Source: Bacteroidia bacterium
GTDB taxonomy: Bacteria > Bacteroidota > Bacteroidia > M30B66
Direction: 5' to 3'
DNA length: 64,000 nucleotides
Assembly: GCA_965279035.1 (NCBI GenBank)
Contig: OZ257142.1
Span: 3,776,001 to 3,840,000, forward strand
The stretch's first letter is position 1. Each line of letters opens with the position of its first letter. This document shows positions 50,170-60,900 of the stretch, one piece after another. Position numbers and translations under genes: made by a program. Below the pieces are notes generated by a model, which was not told the DNA's origin, did no database searches, and was given only the letters and a program-made list of their open reading frames with translations.

Positions 50170-50178
50170 AGCTATGAA

Positions 50179-51786
50179 TTAATTAGCTGGAACAGGCTCC
50201 AACCACACTTTTAATCCTTTTTGGTTGTAGTCGTAAAGCAACATATAACCAGGCTTGAACGAAGTGATGTTCTTGTATAGTTTATATGTATCGCTGCTGT
50301 TGCTGTCGGAGTTGAAGGAGTATTGTCCACTTCCTGTTGCTTTTGCAAATTTGCCCAATTTATTGAGGTTTTCAGATACCCAACGATCCATGTCGATGCT
50401 CGGAATTCCTTCGGTGCTTTTTGCACCAACTGGGAGGAAATACGCTTTGCTCTTAAATCCATCATCGTTACGATAAACAATAATTTGCTTCCCGTTATTC
50501 TCGATCAATTCTTTGTAGCAGAAAAATCCTCTTCCGTACATGTATTGTGCAATGGCAAGACCTTTTTCGCTCGCAATTTTACCGCTTACTTTGGCTTCTT
50601 TGTTTTGTTTAGCAACGACTTCGATGCCGCTTAATTTACCACTTGCATCGAAATTGAAGAACACAAAATCCAATACGGTAAATCCGATTTCAGGACCGGT
50701 TGCAGTTGATGAAGAAGAACTTCCGCCACCTAATAAAGCACCAGCGCCAGAGCCCGTCATACTTGAGTTATTGGCTTTTTTGAATTGCTCACAAATAACC
50801 ATGTAGCTTCCATCAGTTTTCTTGATTACATCTTCTACCATGATTTTGGTTTTTCCACCTAATAATGCCGATGAAAACTCACCTGAAATCTGGTCTTTCA
50901 TGCTGTCCCAAGTTTTCTTTGTAAACTGATTCACTTTGCCATCTGTACTAATGATTGCGAAGAATAAACCATCGGAATTTTTATCATCGTACTTGCTGTT
51001 TTTAAAGTACATTCCACCCGTTGCTACTTCACCATTGGCTGTAACACGAATAAATGCAGGAGCACCACCATCTTCACCGTTGGTTAAATCGGTTGAGTAC
51101 AATTGTTCACCATCTTCTACATTAAAACACTGAACAGAATACACGTAATTATCGGAAGAACGACTTGGATTTTGCTCTCGTAGCAAATACAATTTACCAT
51201 TGCTCACTTTCGAATCCTGAGCTTTCCAAATACCATCTTCAGGGATGTGTGATTTGGTCCATTTAGAGTTCAAATCTTTGTCTAAACGTTCGATATCAAA
51301 ACCAAATTTCTTCTCTTTCATTGGACGAAGTAGAATGAATTCTTCATCATTCAAAACGTGGATAATTGGGAAGTTTTCTTCTGTCAATAAAGCGCGACGA
51401 ACATCTTCTTCTACTTTTTTCTGAATCACATTTCCGGCAGCATCCAAAGTAACCATGGTGCGATTCTTTTTCAAAGCATCCACGAAAATGAAAAGAAAGT
51501 ACTTGCCTGTAAATGCAGAAGATGCGAGTTCTGAGAATTTACTTATTTCAACTTCAGTAGTTTTGATTTCTTTTAATTCTTTGTCGTACAGCTTAAGCAC
51601 GAAGCTAGCCATACCTTTTGTTTCGGTTTTTTCGCCAAACCAAGTGGTAAATACGATTTCGCCATTGATAGATTTTACACCCGAAAAGCCTCGCGCACCG
51701 GGTGATTCAATTGTGATTTCTTGAGCAGAGAGAATTCCTGTAAAAGCTACCAGAAGTACTAAACAGGCAAGGATTTGTTTTTTCAT
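50179..51786 (-). CDS. Hypothetical secreted beta-rich protein (DUF6770-like)
   Basis: Signal peptide MKKQILACLVLL...LSA-Q; start at 51786 preferred. Confidence 0.6.
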   Translation of the reverse strand: MKKQILACLVLLVAFTGILSAQEITIESPGARGFSGVKSINGEIVFTTWFGEKTETKGMASFVLKLYDKELKEIKTTEVEISKFSELASSAFTGKYFLFIFVDALKKNRTMVTLDAAGNVIQKKVEEDVRRALLTEENFPIIHVLNDEEFILLRPMKEKKFGFDIERLDKDLNSKWTKSHIPEDGIWKAQDSKVSNGKLYLLREQNPSRSSDNYVYSVQCFNVEDGEQLYSTDLTNGEDGGAPAFIRVTANGEVATGGMYFKNSKYDDKNSDGLFFAIISTDGKVNQFTKKTWDSMKDQISGEFSSALLGGKTKIMVEDVIKKTDGSYMVICEQFKKANNSSMTGSGAGALLGGGSSSSSTATGPEIGFTVLDFVFFNFDASGKLSGIEVVAKQNKEAKVSGKIASEKGLAIAQYMYGRGFFCYKELIENNGKQIIVYRNDDGFKSKAYFLPVGAKSTEGIPSIDMDRWVSENLNKLGKFAKATGSGQYSFNSDSNSSDTYKLYKNITSFKPGYMLLYDYNQKGLKVWLEPVPAN

Positions 51787-51930
51787 GTATGATTTATTTG
51801 GGGTGAAGGTAAGGGATAATAGGTTGGGGGTAAAAAATGTGAGGACTTTTAACATTTCAAAAAAAAGTTTAAGCCTACATAGGGGAACGGCTGCTCTATG
51901 TTGTCATAGTGGAAAGGTTCAACATGACTT

Positions 51931-52670
51931 GTCTACCTCACCCTAAATCCCTCTCCTCGGGGAGAGGGACTTTTTAAACGTGAATGTTTGATTAGCATAA
52001 TTAGTATTTCACTCTAGCAGAATGCTCTCCCCTTTCTATTCGAACATTCGAGTCTACCTCACCCTAAATCCCTCTCCTCAGGGAGAGGGACTTTTTATAC
52101 GTGAATGTTTGATCAGAATGATTAGAATTTCAACTTAGTAGAATGTTCTCCCCTTTCTCCTCGAACATTCGAGTTCACCTCACCCTAAATCCCTCTCCTC
52201 GGGGAGAGGGACTTTTTATACGTAAATGTTTGATTAGCATAATTAGTATTTCACTCTAGCAGAATGCTCTCCCCTTTCTCCTCGTGGAGAAAGGGGCCGG
52301 GGGATAGAGGTCAAGGATGCCAGAAAAATTTCAATATGAAACTTTGAAATTATTAATTTCCAACTTAACAGAATGCTCTCCCCTTTCTCCTCGAACATTC
52401 GAGTCTACCTCACCCTAAATCCCTCTCCTCGGGGAGAGGGACTTCTTAAACGTGAATGTTTGATCAGCATAATTAGTATTTCACTCTAGCAGAATGCTCT
52501 CCCCTTTCTATTCGAGCATTCGAGTCTACCTCACCCTAAATCCCTCTCCTCAGGGAGAGGGAATTTTTATACGTGAATGTTTGATTAGCATAATTAGTAT
52601 TTCACTCTAGCAGAATGCTCTCCCCTTTCTCCTCGTGGAGAAAGGGGCCGGGGGATAGAGGTCAAGGATG
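51931..52670. repeat. Tandem ~120-bp units with CCCTCTCC-N-GGAGAGGG REP-like hairpins
   Basis: acctcaccctaaatccctctcctc..ggagaggg at about 51935, 52056, 52176, 52406 and 52527; two units end ccctttctcctcgtggagaaagggg. Confidence 0.9.
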
Positions 52671-52678
52671 TTAGGATA

Positions 52679-53644
52679 TCAATATGATTTGCCCTTCATC
52701 AAGTACTCCTGCACGTAATCTTTCACACCATCTTCTAAGCTGTAAAATGCGTCCGAGTAACCAATACTGCGAAGTTTTTGCATGTTGGCTTCAGTAAAAT
52801 ATTGGTATTTATCGCGAATATCCAAGGGCGTGTCGATGAAATGGATGTCGGCTTTCTTTCCCATAGCAGCAAAGGTTGCCGATGCTAAATCGAAAAATGT
52901 ACGTGCCTCGCCCGTTCCTAAATTGTATAAACCGGAATGTGTACGATTCAACATCAAGAAATAGCAAATTTTTACTAAATCTTTTACATAAACGAAATCG
53001 CGCTTTTGCCCGCCATCCGTGTAATCGGGACGATGTGAGCGGAACAAATTCACACTTCCTTTTTCGTTAATTTGGTTAAACGAATGAAAAATAACCGAAG
53101 CCATGCGTTTCTTGTGCGTCTCGTTCGGTCCATATACATTGAAAAACTTCAATCCTGCCCAAAAATAAGGTGCCCGAGCTTGTTTCAATGCCCATTTATC
53201 AAAGTCGTTTTTCGAATCTCCGTAGGGATTTAAAGGCTTCAATTTTTCAACAACTTCATGATTATCCTCGTAGCCTAATTCTCCTAAACCATACGTTGCT
53301 GCCGAAGATGCGTAAACTAAGGGAAGTCCGTATTCCACACATTTATTCCAAACAGCTTGCGAATAATGCAGGTTGAGTTCATCAAAAATTTGGGTGTCGA
53401 ATTCGGTTGTATCGGTTCGTGCGCCAAGATGAAACACAAATTCTACCATGCGGTGATTCGTATCGAGCCAAGCAATAAAATCACTCCGGTCGACTTTTTC
53501 CTTAAACGTTTTACCAGCCAAATTGGAAGCTTTTTCTTTTTTACTGAAATCATCCACGAGCACCAAATCAACATAGCGGTTTTCGTTGAGGTAAGTAACC
53601 AAGCAGGATGCAATAAATCCGGCCGCTCCAGTAATAACGATCAT
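52679..53644 (-). CDS. rfaD: ADP-L-glycero-D-manno-heptose 6-epimerase
   Basis: TGAAGFI, YASSAATYG, PLNPYGDSK, FNVYGP.E.HK..MAS, YQYFTEA. Confidence 0.92.
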   Translation of the reverse strand: MIVITGAAGFIASCLVTYLNENRYVDLVLVDDFSKKEKASNLAGKTFKEKVDRSDFIAWLDTNHRMVEFVFHLGARTDTTEFDTQIFDELNLHYSQAVWNKCVEYGLPLVYASSAATYGLGELGYEDNHEVVEKLKPLNPYGDSKNDFDKWALKQARAPYFWAGLKFFNVYGPNETHKKRMASVIFHSFNQINEKGSVNLFRSHRPDYTDGGQKRDFVYVKDLVKICYFLMLNRTHSGLYNLGTGEARTFFDLASATFAAMGKKADIHFIDTPLDIRDKYQYFTEANMQKLRSIGYSDAFYSLEDGVKDYVQEYLMKGKSY

Positions 53645-53680
53645 AAGGAAATTTTACTGCAAATATAGTATTTTGAATTT

Positions 53681-53782
53681 GGGCATGTCCCTTCGGGCCG
53701 CGCTTTCGGCTTGTAGTCCTCGCTTTTCACCTTCGCATTCGCTACGGCGAACGCTGTGGGCTTCCGCCTCAATCGCTCATGC
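53681..53782 (-). ncRNA. Structured dispersed intergenic element, copy 3
   Basis: Minus strand GCATG-AGCGAT...AGCGC...CATGC-CC. Confidence 0.45.
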
Positions 53783-54008
53783 GGGGAATAGAGGTACTCT
53801 ACAAACATAAGTGCTGAGATAACCCCGGATTGAAATCCGTACTTTAAGGAAGCAACACGCTTCGACAGGCTCAGCGCGCGACATCAGCATAACAAATCAA
53901 CATAGACTAGCTCAACGAAAAATAATATTCACGCTCCCTGAGCTTGTCGAAGGGAGCACATCAGCAAACCAGCATATTAATTACTCATTTTTTCCTTTAT
54001 TTTAGCAC

Positions 54009-54605
54009 ATGAACTTCTCATTCCTATTTCCCTTAGTGTTGCTTGCAGTTGCTCCCTTTGTTCAGCAACCTAGTCCGCATATTTTATATCCAACTTCATT
54101 TCTCAAAACACAACAAGACACGCTATACTGGCGCGAAGGTGTTCATTTAACTTGGGATGATTTCAAATCAAAAACACCTAAACAAGCAGGATTTGCAGCA
54201 TTTTCCTTTACGATTATAACCATGAGCTATGAGCTAAAATATACTGGTGAAGTATATAAGCCTAAATTCACGGTTCATAGTGCGTTTCAACGAAGTAAAT
54301 CTTGGGTTGATCGGAAAGATCCCAAAGCACAAACACCCGAAATTTTAGCTCACGAGCAGCTTCATTTCACTATTGCCGAAATCACTGCACGCAAACTTCG
54401 TAGGAATTTAAAATCAGCAACGTACACCAAAAATTACCAAAAAGAAATTAAAACTATCTACGATCAAGCATTAGCCGATGGCGAAAAAATGCAACAACGC
54501 TATGATAAAGAAACCAATCACGGCATCGACAAAACCGTACAAAAGCAATGGTCGAATTTGATCGAATCCGATTTAGGATATCTAATGTCTTTTCAAGCTA
54601 ATTGA
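54009..54605 (+). CDS. DUF922-family putative zinc-dependent protease
   Basis: [25 protein letters not shown]. Confidence 0.8.
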   Translation: MNFSFLFPLVLLAVAPFVQQPSPHILYPTSFLKTQQDTLYWREGVHLTWDDFKSKTPKQAGFAAFSFTIITMSYELKYTGEVYKPKFTVHSAFQRSKSWVDRKDPKAQTPEILAHEQLHFTIAEITARKLRRNLKSATYTKNYQKEIKTIYDQALADGEKMQQRYDKETNHGIDKTVQKQWSNLIESDLGYLMSFQAN

Positions 54606-55564
54606 GAGAGAAATCGCTGTACATTCCCAAATACGCGCACTTCAGTTTCGTCATATACTTGAGGCTCGAATTTTTTACCGGTAATGTGTTCGTATAATTC
54701 AATATATCGCGCCGAAATTTCTTCTATAAACTCCTCCTGCATCATAGGAATTTGCTGTCCTTCTTTTCCTTGGAAACCGTTTGCAATTAACCATTGCCGA
54801 ACGAATTCCTTGCTCAATTGCTTTTGTGTTTCACCACGTGATTGTCGCTCAGCATAGCCATCAGCATAAAAATAACGTGAGGAATCGGGCGTGTGGATTT
54901 CATCAATTAAAAGAATCTCCCCAGCATCGGTTTTACCAAATTCATATTTCGTATCAACTAGTATTAATCCACGTTCGGCAGCCATTTCAGAGCCACGTTT
55001 GTATAAAGCACGTGTATATTTTTCTAATTGCACATAGTCTGCTTCCGCTACAATTCCCTGACGTAAAATCTCCTCGCGTGAAATATCTTCATCGTGCCCT
55101 TCGGCAGCTTTCGTAGTTGGAGTAATAATCGGCTCAGGTAAACGATCGTTTTCTTTTAATCCATCAGGCAAAGAAACACCACAAATAATCCGTTTACCTA
55201 AAGCGTATTCTCGAGCTGCATGTCCGGCTAAGTAACCACGAATCACCATTTCCACTTTAAAAGGCGAACACATTTTTCCTATTGCTACATTCGGATCGGG
55301 TGTACCTAAAAGCCAGTTGGGGACGATGTCGCGTGTTGCTTCCAAGAAATAAGTGGCTGTTTGATTGAGCACTTGTCCTTTATACGGAATGCCTTTCGGC
55401 AAGACCACGTCAAACGCCGAAATCCGGTCGCTTGCCACCATCACCAAGTACTGATTTTTGATGGTATACACATCACGCACTTTTCCACGGTAGAAAGCGG
55501 TTTGTCCTTCAAAATGGAAATCAGTCGCGCGCAGGCTGCTCTGGCTGGTTGGCTTGGTAGGCAT
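54593..55564 (-). CDS. purC: SAICAR synthase
   Basis: [43 protein letters not shown]. Confidence 0.96.
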   Translation of the reverse strand: MPTKPTSQSSLRATDFHFEGQTAFYRGKVRDVYTIKNQYLVMVASDRISAFDVVLPKGIPYKGQVLNQTATYFLEATRDIVPNWLLGTPDPNVAIGKMCSPFKVEMVIRGYLAGHAAREYALGKRIICGVSLPDGLKENDRLPEPIITPTTKAAEGHDEDISREEILRQGIVAEADYVQLEKYTRALYKRGSEMAAERGLILVDTKYEFGKTDAGEILLIDEIHTPDSSRYFYADGYAERQSRGETQKQLSKEFVRQWLIANGFQGKEGQQIPMMQEEFIEEISARYIELYEHITGKKFEPQVYDETEVRVFGNVQRFLSQLA

Positions 55565-56492
55565 GAAGAATAGCGGTAACGAGTTTATGACGAATCACAT
55601 CGCTGGTATCCAAATGAATGATTTCAATTCCGGCAATGTCTTTTAAAATGCGAATTCCAGTTGCTAAACCAGAAGATTGATTACGGGGAAGGTCGATCTG
55701 TGTTAAATCACCCGTGATTAAAAACTTAGCTGAACGTCCCATTCGGGTAAGAAACATTTTCAATTGAGCTTCGGTGGTATTTTGAGCTTCATCGAGAATT
55801 ACAAAAGCATTATCGAGCGTTCTTCCGCGCATAAAGGCGAGAGGAGCAATTTGTATGATACCTGTTTCGAGGAATAATTGCAGTTTATCGGCAGGAATCA
55901 TATCGAGCAATGCATCGTACAAAGGCTGCAAATACGGATCGAGTTTCTCTTTCAAATCTCCTGGAAGGAAACCTAAATTTTCACCCGCTTCCACTGCTGG
56001 ACGAGTGAGAATAATCCGTTTCACTTCTTTATTCCGCAAAGCACGAACAGCAAGAGCAACAGCTGTATAAGTCTTACCTGTTCCGGCTGGACCAATAGCA
56101 AACACCATATCGTTGGTAAACGAAGCATTTACAATTCGGCGTTGATTGGGAGTTCGGGCTTTAACGATAAGACCGTTGTTTCCAAAAACAATCACATCCG
56201 ATCCTCCATTTTGTTCAGGAGCCATTTCGGGTAGATCGTTTTCGGGATTCATCAACTTTTTTACGAGTTGTTCGCTCAAAGATCCATAGCGCTGTTGATG
56301 AGAAATGAGGGTATTCAATTTAATTTCAAAGGCATTGATATCGATTTCTTCTCCTTGAATTTTAAGATCAAGCCCTCGAGCAACTAGTCGGAGTTTTGGA
56401 AAATAAGCCCGAATTTGCTCTAAAATAGAGTCATTAACGCCGTAAATCTCCACAGGATTAACGTCCGGGAGATGGATTGTTTTTTCGATCAA
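55521..56492 (-). CDS. phoH: PhoH family ATPase
   Basis: [37 protein letters not shown]. Confidence 0.93.
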   Translation of the reverse strand: MIEKTIHLPDVNPVEIYGVNDSILEQIRAYFPKLRLVARGLDLKIQGEEIDINAFEIKLNTLISHQQRYGSLSEQLVKKLMNPENDLPEMAPEQNGGSDVIVFGNNGLIVKARTPNQRRIVNASFTNDMVFAIGPAGTGKTYTAVALAVRALRNKEVKRIILTRPAVEAGENLGFLPGDLKEKLDPYLQPLYDALLDMIPADKLQLFLETGIIQIAPLAFMRGRTLDNAFVILDEAQNTTEAQLKMFLTRMGRSAKFLITGDLTQIDLPRNQSSGLATGIRILKDIAGIEIIHLDTSDVIRHKLVTAILHAYQANQPEQPARD

Positions 56493-56595
56493 ACTAAAAA
56501 AGGATAATTGTTATCAATTGCTGAAAAGCGTGGTTGCATTTCACACACAAATAAATGAATTTTGGCGCGTCCCTCCAAGTCTCGAATTTCAAAAG

Positions 56596-57393
56596 ATGCC
56601 AATAATCACCCTTACCACCGATATGGGTCTCAGCGACTATTATGTTGCTGCGGTGAAAGGTGCCATATTATCGCAATTACCTGATGTGAATATTGTGGAT
56701 ATCACGCATGATATTCCCAAGTTCGATCGCATGAAAGCTGGCTTTGTGCTTCGTAACGCCTATCAACATTTCCCCAAAGGAACTGTTCATATTGTTGGTG
56801 TTGAAACACTCGAAGATGAAGATACGCCCCATGTTGCATTGAAAATCAACGGACATTATTTTGTTGGTGCTGATTCAGGAATTTTCTCCTTGCTTTTTTC
56901 GCCTCAACTTGCCGACGAAATTGTTCAACTCAATATTCGAAAAGATCAAACTCCACGATCTTTTCCAACCTTGAATTTATTTGTCACTGCAGCTTGTCAT
57001 ATTGCTCGTGGAGGCACATTAGAAATCATCGGTCGAAAAATTTCTGGATTCCGTCAAAGTTTGATGCTATCACCAACGCGAGGAGAATCACATCTTGGAG
57101 CGAGTATCATTTACATCGATTCCTACGGAAATCTCATCACCAATATCCGTCAGGAGCAATTTGATGAACGTAGACAAGGTGGAAAGTTTGGGATTATACT
57201 TAGGCGAGCATCCCAAAACATCAATCGCATTTCGAAGAGTTACAATGAAGTTCCCGAAGGTGATATGTGCGCCTTGTTTAATGATTCAGGCTATCTCGAA
57301 ATTTCGATCAATAGAGGATCAGCAGCCAAGCTAATCGGCTTAAAAGTAAACGACACATTACGCGTAGAATTCGATGTTGATACGAATCGTTGA
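56596..57393 (+). CDS. SAM hydroxide adenosyltransferase / chlorinase-fluorinase family (DUF62)
   Basis: IITLTTDMG, DITH, FPKGTVH, ID.YGNLITN, LEISINRGSA; start at 56596. Confidence 0.88.
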   Translation: MPIITLTTDMGLSDYYVAAVKGAILSQLPDVNIVDITHDIPKFDRMKAGFVLRNAYQHFPKGTVHIVGVETLEDEDTPHVALKINGHYFVGADSGIFSLLFSPQLADEIVQLNIRKDQTPRSFPTLNLFVTAACHIARGGTLEIIGRKISGFRQSLMLSPTRGESHLGASIIYIDSYGNLITNIRQEQFDERRQGGKFGIILRRASQNINRISKSYNEVPEGDMCALFNDSGYLEISINRGSAAKLIGLKVNDTLRVEFDVDTNR

Positions 57394-57673
57394 AATGCAT
57401 TTTCGTGCTGATGCTCGGGAAGAATTTTTAGAAGTCTTTCATCAGAGTAAAGAAAAGATTCGTGCTTTTGAAGGTTGTGAGCATCTTGATTTATTAAATG
57501 AGCCATCCGATCCAGCACATTTTTTCACATACAGTTATTGGAAAGATGAAGATGCATTGGAACGTTATCGAAATTCTGAACTGTTTCAAGTTACTTGGAG
57601 TAAGACAAAAATCCTCTTTGACCAGAAACCGCGGGCATGGACGCTCGATCGACTTGTATCGCTTCCATATTAA
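57374..57673 (+). CDS. Antibiotic biosynthesis monooxygenase (ABM) family protein
   Basis: RIV.M.F, IR.FEGC, FFTYSYW, YR.SELF...W. Confidence 0.85.
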   Translation: MLIRIVEMHFRADAREEFLEVFHQSKEKIRAFEGCEHLDLLNEPSDPAHFFTYSYWKDEDALERYRNSELFQVTWSKTKILFDQKPRAWTLDRLVSLPY

Positions 57674-57848
57674 ATTCTGATTTTAATCTCATTCAAACCG
57701 AAAATAGGAATTAGCCTGTTTTGGTAAAATCCTGTTTTCATTATTGAAAAAGGCTATAAATCTAACTTGGATTTTAAGCGTAGTTATTTGAGCAAACTAT
57801 TGTCCAACGGGCTTTCCCGCAATATTTATTTCAATACTTGCAATTTTC

Positions 57849-57910
57849 CTTACACTGTAAGTGAGGATGAGTTCCATCTATTATATACTAGAACATCGGT
57901 GATAGTTTTG
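57849..57910 (+). promoter_or_regulatory. Putative operator CTTACA-C-TGTAAG plus -7 box TAGTTTTG
   Basis: Palindrome 57849-57861; TAGTTTTG at 57903-57910, again 42 nt after TGTAA, followed by aACGTA. Confidence 0.65.
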
Positions 57911-57945
57911 AACGTATAAATCATCAACAGAAAAACCAAATCACC

Positions 57946-60900
57946 ATGAATCGTTTCTTTACATCCATTCTTCCATTTTTTCTCGCTGCAATAGCGGGAA
58001 CAGCCAGTGCTGCAGAAAAGACCTGGACAGGAGCTGCCGGAAGCAGTTGGAGTTCACCAGCAAACTGGCAACCAGCAGGAGTTCCAGCCAATGCTGATGA
58101 CGTTGTTTTTGATGGAAATGTTAGTTCCATCTCCTGTAATTTACCAACAACTGTTATCGTACATAGCTTGACTGTTAAACCAGAATATACGGGAACAATC
58201 ACAGCAACTAATCAATCTTCAGCCATTCTAACCATCATGCAGAACATGCATTTATCAGGTGGAACACTAACCACAGGATTATGCAAGCTCAAAGTAATGA
58301 ACGAATTACTGGTTGATGGTGGTACATTGAATAAAGGTTCAGGAAGTATCTGCTCTTTAATTGATTTAAAAATATCCAGCGGATCGGTCATTATAGGAAA
58401 TGGACCCGTTGAAATTCTTGGTAATTTTCTTTTAGATGGTGGTAGCTTTTTGACTGGATCTGGAAGCTTTTTTATTAAATCATCTTACCTACAAAATGGA
58501 GGTAGTTTTACGAAGACATCAGGTGTTGGAACATTTAATCCTACAGGAAGTGTGACAATTAATGGTGGCGATTTTAATTGTCAAGCTTCAAACATTACAT
58601 TTAAATCTCTTTCATTAAATAATGCACAATTTAATGCGGGTTCTGGATCCATTTATTTTAATGGAAACTTATCATTAAATACAGCATCGTTTTTGAAAAA
58701 TTCAGGGGCTGTTTATTTTAATTCAGGTGCACTATTTTCTGCATTAAATTCAACCTTTAATTTAGGAAGTTCAATTTGGAATGCCAATTCAATTTCATTT
58801 GATGGCGGTACTGCAGATTTAGGTTCCGGTACTTTAATCGTAAATGGATCTAGCACTTTCAATCAATGTTCTATTTCAAAATCAGGAGGGAATTCAAACT
58901 TTAATACTGCTTTCTCATTTAATTCAACCAATAGCACCATAGCATTTGGAAATGGATTAGTCAACACAGGAGTTATGAATCTCGATGGTTCAACTCTGAG
59001 TTTTGGAAATGGAAACTTAACCATTGAAGGTGCATTAACATTATCCGGATCATCTCAATTTTCGAAAACAGCAGGCAATGCTCAATTAGCGTTGGGCTCA
59101 ACAGTAACAATGAATTCGGGTGTAGTAGATTTTACTGGAAGCACTCAAATAAATACAGGAAATTGGACTCAATTGGGTGGTTCAACTACTTGTGGAAATA
59201 GTCCACTATTTATTGATGGGAATTTTGAAATTTCAGGAAATTCAATCTTCAATGCACCAACAAGTGTATTCGATTTAAAAGGTGATTTCAGAAGAATTAG
59301 CGGGACATTTAATCACAACAATGGAAGCGTTCGAATGATTGGTACTTCTTCTTTTCCTTATACTATTTTAGGTGGTCCAATATTCAATAATCTTGAAATT
59401 TCAAATACTTCAGGAGTGAATATTAAAAAGGTGGATGTGTATGGTGAAATGTCGGTGAATTCTAATTTTAAATTGAATAATGGAAGTGCATCAAATCGTT
59501 CCATTCAAATAAATACTGCTACAATTAATATTTTCGGGAATCTTGATATTACTCAATATCGCAGCACCGAAATACAGCCAGGTTCTTCTACTCTTCGTTT
59601 TACAGGAAGTCAAACACAAACCATTGTAGGAACATCATTAAATGATGGAATTGGAGTTTTACCATCCATTTATATTGATAAAACGGGTGGTGTATTTTTA
59701 TTATCAGGAAACGTTTGTTTTGGAAATGGATTTAATCAACAAAACTCTACCATAGAATTTGATCCTGAAATGATTTTTGGAATGAAAGGCGGTTCATTTA
59801 CATTGGATAATCTTTTAATTCCTCATGTTCGTGTGAGCGGAATGTCAACGCTGTTAAGCTCTATGGCAGTCCAAGGAAATTTAGAAATTCTTTCAACGGG
59901 ATTTTTAATCAATGGAAATAGTGCCCTCAATGTAAATGCAGAATTTATCAATGAAGGTCGTTTTCAAAATATGAATGGCTCATTGAATGTGACTGGTTTA
60001 CTTACCAATCGTGGTGAATTCTCGATCAATTCAGGCTCTATGAATGCTCTTTCTGGATTGCTTCAGGAAATGGGGTTTTTTGGATGTGGAACTGGTCAAG
60101 TAAATACCATCGGGATTCTTTCGCTTGTAGATGGAAGCTTTAATTGTTCCAATGCTACTGTAGTAGTAAGTGGTTCCGTAAATCAAACAGGTGGAACATT
60201 AAATGGAAATGTGAATGGAGGTTCGTTCACAATTAGTCAAAACTATAATCAAACAGCAGGTATTTTTCATGGTCAATCAGGCACTATGAATATTGGTGTT
60301 GCGTTGAATCTTGCAGGAACATTTATTCGTGGAACTGGAACAGTTAATTTTAACGGATTTGGTCCTCAAACAATTCCAGCATTATTCTACAATAAATTAA
60401 GTATTGCTGGCAGTGGAAGAATTATAACGTTAGCACCTAGTGAAATAAGAATAAGTGCAGCAACAGCAGGCTTTGCACCAAATGCAACCAATATTTATAT
60501 TACAACAAATAATACAATCAATTACAGCAATAATGGAAATCAAGATGTTGCTGGATTTGCTTATAATAATTTATCAATTACTCGAAGTGGAACGAAATCT
60601 TTGTCGGCAAATGGCTCCGTAAAAAACACGTTGAAAGTAATTAATTCGGCACATTTCGATGTAGATGGAATTAGTAATAATCGTGTATTTACATTGCTCA
60701 GTTCTCAAGCACAATCAGCTCGAATTGATCAAATTCCTGCAACTGCATCAATTGTTGGTAATTTAACATTTCAACGTTGGACACGTGGAGGAATTCGTTC
60801 AAATCGCTTTATTGGATCGCCAGTAGATACAGTAGGTGGAATTAAATTCAAGCAAGTGAAAGACAATGTTCTTTTGTACAGTACTGGAAATGCAGTAAGT

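Noticed and set aside
56596-57393. Halogenase-based natural product cluster (DUF62 + ABM)
   Set aside because: This pair is widespread next to phoH in Bacteroidota, and there are no biosynthetic genes nearby
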